Source: Rhizomicrobium sp. (lineage in GTDB: Bacteria > Pseudomonadota > Alphaproteobacteria > Micropepsales > Micropepsaceae). From it: a DNA stretch of 64,000 nt. Below the pieces are notes generated by a model, which was given only the letters and a program-made list of their open reading frames with translations, was not told where the DNA came from and did no database searches. The translations under genes and the position numbers were made by a program. The stretch covers positions 4,643 through 68,642 of the forward strand of contig DATKON010000132.1 of the NCBI GenBank assembly GCA_035524575.1, in the 5' to 3' direction. Positions 62,037 to 64,000 of the stretch are shown in pieces (positions within the stretch are counted from its first letter, which is position 1; every line of letters begins with the position of its first letter).

Positions 62037-64000
62037 GTGCGCGCCGTCCGCTTCAGGAACAGCGGCAGCCAGCGCGCCGGATCGTCGCCCACTTCCTCGC
62101 GGATGGCGTCGAGACTGCGCACGGAGGACTCGGTGCCCGAAAGCACTTTCAGCTCGCGCTCCATGCGGGACAGGTCGAGCCGCGCGACGACGCTGTGGTC
62201 CGCCTGCTTGACGAGGAAGCAGCGCGAGGTGTCGGGCAGCGATTTCACCAGTTGGAATTCGTGCTCGGTGAGGCCGAATCCGCGCATATACTCGTCGCCC
62301 TGCGCGCGCGGATTGGGCAGGAAGATCTGCGTCGCCGCCTGCTCGACGATGGCCGAAGCGATGCGGCTCTCGAGCGCGTCCGAAGGGCTCTGCGTGCAGA
62401 AACCGACGATGCCGTTGCGCTTGCGAATGGTTTTTTCCCATTCCTTGAGGCGCATGACGAACACGTCGTCGTCAAGCACCTTCCAGCCTTCGTCCACGAC
62501 GATGATGGTCGGCGTGCCGTCGAGGCGCTGCTCGATGCAGTGGAACAGATACATCATCGCCGGCGTACGAGTGGCCGGCGTGTCGAGCATGCGCGTCATG
62601 TCGAACCCGAACACGTCGGTCGTGAAATCGACGTGGTCTTCGGCATTGTCGAACAGCCAGGCGTGCTCGCCGTCGTCGCACCAGGCCTTGAGCCGTGCGG
62701 CGAGGTCGCCCGATGTGGGCCTTCTCATGCCGACAAAGAGTTCGCGTAAGTAGCGCAGGCGGCGATGCGCGCGCGGCTGTTCGAAATTGGCGGCGACGGC
62801 GTCCGCGATCATGAGCCGGTCGTCGGCGGACAGCGTTTCGCCATGCGGCGACAGAAGCCGCGCCAGCCATTCGCCGAGGAACGAACGGTTTGCGGGCGTG
62901 TCTGCCATCTGCAGTGGATTGAATCCGGTCGCTTCGCCCGGGCGCAGCACGTCGTAACGTCCGCCGATGGCGCGCACGAAGATCTCCGCGCCGCGGTCCT
63001 TGTCGAAATAGATGACTTTGGGACGAAAGCGGCGCGCCTGCGCGATGAGGAATGTGAGCAGCACGGTCTTGCCCGAGCCGCTCGGGCCGATCACCGTGAA
63101 ATTGCCGAGATCGCCGTTGTGGAAGTTGAAATAGTAAGGCCCGTGGGCCGTCGTCTCGAGCAGCGTGACAGCTTCGCCCCAATGATTGCCGGACGGCTTT
63201 CCGGCGGCGTGATTGTGGAACGAGGCGAGGCTCGCGAAGTTGGCGTTGGAGATCAGCGCCTTGCGCGCAATGTATTTGAAGTTGCCCGGCAGCTGCGCCC
63301 AGAAGGCGGGCTCCATGTTGACATCTTCGCGCACCGCGATGGCGCCGATTTCTGCAAACGCCGACTGCACATCCGCGACCGCAATATCGAGATCGGCGAG
63401 ATCGTCGGACTTCACCAGCACGGAGAGATGATGCTCGCCATAGGCGGTGCGGCCCGAGCCGACCGAGTCGCGCGCCGCAGCCAGCTCGTCGCGCAGCGAA
63501 AACGCCGCGTCGTCGGCGGCCTGCAGACGGCGCAGCGCCAGATTCATGCGATTGAGCGTCGTCTGGCGATCGACGAAGGAGAAGCTCTCGCTGAGCACCA
63601 TCTCGAAGGGCAGGCGCAGCACATTGTCGAGCATGCCCGGCACCGAGCGCACCGGGTAATCCTTCACCGACACGACCGCCGCGAAGCATTTCGGCGCGCC
63701 GCCGCCTGCTTCGATCTCCATCGCGTCGAGCCCGAAGCTCAAACGCCGGTCGGGCAGGGCTTCGCCGACATCGCCTTCCGGCATCAGCACGGGCCGCATG
63801 TCGCCGTTCAGGATGCCGTAGAGAAAGGCGCACGGCTCGGAATAGGTGAGGCCGTTATGCTCGTAGGTCGTCAGCGCGCGTGCCCCGTAAGGCGCCAGCG
63901 TCGCCGTAAAGGATTCGCGCGTTGCATGCAGCTCGCGCAATTCGCGCACCAGATCGTCGTGGCCGCGCGAGGAACGGAACAGGCGCTCGATGAATCCGGC
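62033..64000 (-). CDS. virB4: Type IV secretion ATPase VirB4 (N-terminus outside the window)
   Basis: Walker A GPSGSGKTVLL, IVVDEGW (Walker B), GFCTQSP. The frame stays open from 63949 to the window end, so the track's GTG start is not the true start. Confidence 0.9.
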   Translation of the reverse strand, partial: AGFIERLFRSSRGHDDLVRELRELHATRESFTATLAPYGARALTTYEHNGLTYSEPCAFLYGILNGDMRPVLMPEGDVGEALPDRRLSFGLDAMEIEAGGGAPKCFAAVVSVKDYPVRSVPGMLDNVLRLPFEMVLSESFSFVDRQTTLNRMNLALRRLQAADDAAFSLRDELAAARDSVGSGRTAYGEHHLSVLVKSDDLADLDIAVADVQSAFAEIGAIAVREDVNMEPAFWAQLPGNFKYIARKALISNANFASLASFHNHAAGKPSGNHWGEAVTLLETTAHGPYYFNFHNGDLGNFTVIGPSGSGKTVLLTFLIAQARRFRPKVIYFDKDRGAEIFVRAIGGRYDVLRPGEATGFNPLQMADTPANRSFLGEWLARLLSPHGETLSADDRLMIADAVAANFEQPRAHRRLRYLRELFVGMRRPTSGDLAARLKAWCDDGEHAWLFDNAEDHVDFTTDVFGFDMTRMLDTPATRTPAMMYLFHCIEQRLDGTPTIIVVDEGWKVLDDDVFVMRLKEWEKTIRKRNGIVGFCTQSPSDALESRIASAIVEQAATQIFLPNPRAQGDEYMRGFGLTEHEFQLVKSLPDTSRCFLVKQADHSVVARLDLSRMERELKVLSGTESSVRSLDAIREEVGDDPARWLPLFLKRTART

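Noticed and set aside
61032-62753. 573-aa plus-strand ORF opposite virB6 and virB4; likewise 59030..60199 and 60196..60969 opposite virB10 and virB9
   Set aside because: These are shadow ORFs with Arg/Asp/Gly-rich composition. The minus strand has Walker motifs and VirB-family signatures with coupled stops and starts.

Overview
This is a high-GC alphaproteobacterial chromosomal segment. chpT, cpdR and the irr-fabA-fabB-fabI synteny point to a Hyphomicrobiales/Rhizobiales-like organism, but that is inference only. I call about 60 protein genes, one tRNA-Val(GAC), one cobalamin riboswitch, several regulatory palindromes and several families of intergenic palindromic repeats.

Gene content in order:
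- cysQ-like fragment, DUF3553, then chpT, a single-domain receiver and cheR.
- Riboswitch-controlled btuB-like TonB-dependent receptor, divergent from tonB-exbB-exbD-exbD and a TPR-like gene.
- An unknown 555-aa secreted protein.
- modABC, then an AhpD/CMD-family gene bracketed by repeat arrays.
- A translationally coupled GT-C / GT2 / GtrA glycosylation module.
- qor and a GNAT acetyltransferase.
- An LpxH-like metallophosphoesterase plus GT4 pair, possibly plcP-agt lipid remodelling.
- N-formylglutamate amidohydrolase, cpdR, a pentapeptide-repeat protein and tRNA-Val.
- dcp, a nucleoside 2-deoxyribosyltransferase-like gene, yhhQ and a BTLCP cysteine peptidase.
- An exopolysaccharide polymerisation/export locus: priming transferase, PPP phosphatase, Wza-like, Gly-rich secreted protein, OM beta-barrel, Wzc/ExoP-like, Wzy/O-antigen-ligase-like.
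- Two GSTs, an MBL hydrolase, an SDR and a HAD hydrolase.
- A co-directional string irr > rubrerythrin > CCG/4Fe-4S protein > DUF3501 > kaiC-like > hybrid histidine kinase.
- fabA-fabB-fabI, a membrane protein and DUF3052.
- A type IV secretion block virB4-virB6-virB9-virB10-virB11 that runs off the window end.

Observations most worth following up:
1. The KaiA/KaiB-less KaiC plus pseudo-receiver hybrid kinase pair, sitting directly behind an Irr-box-controlled redox operon.
2. The T4SS block with no room for VirB8, VirB5 or VirB7.
3. A promoter-to-terminator small-RNA candidate with a CU-rich anti-SD stretch.
4. Two perfect Irr ICE boxes and two perfect CtrA boxes.
5. Unusual members of the EPS locus.

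I saw no CRISPR array, integrase, transposase or recognisable defence system. Nothing here was checked against databases. All family assignments rest on motifs I recognise by eye in the supplied translations.
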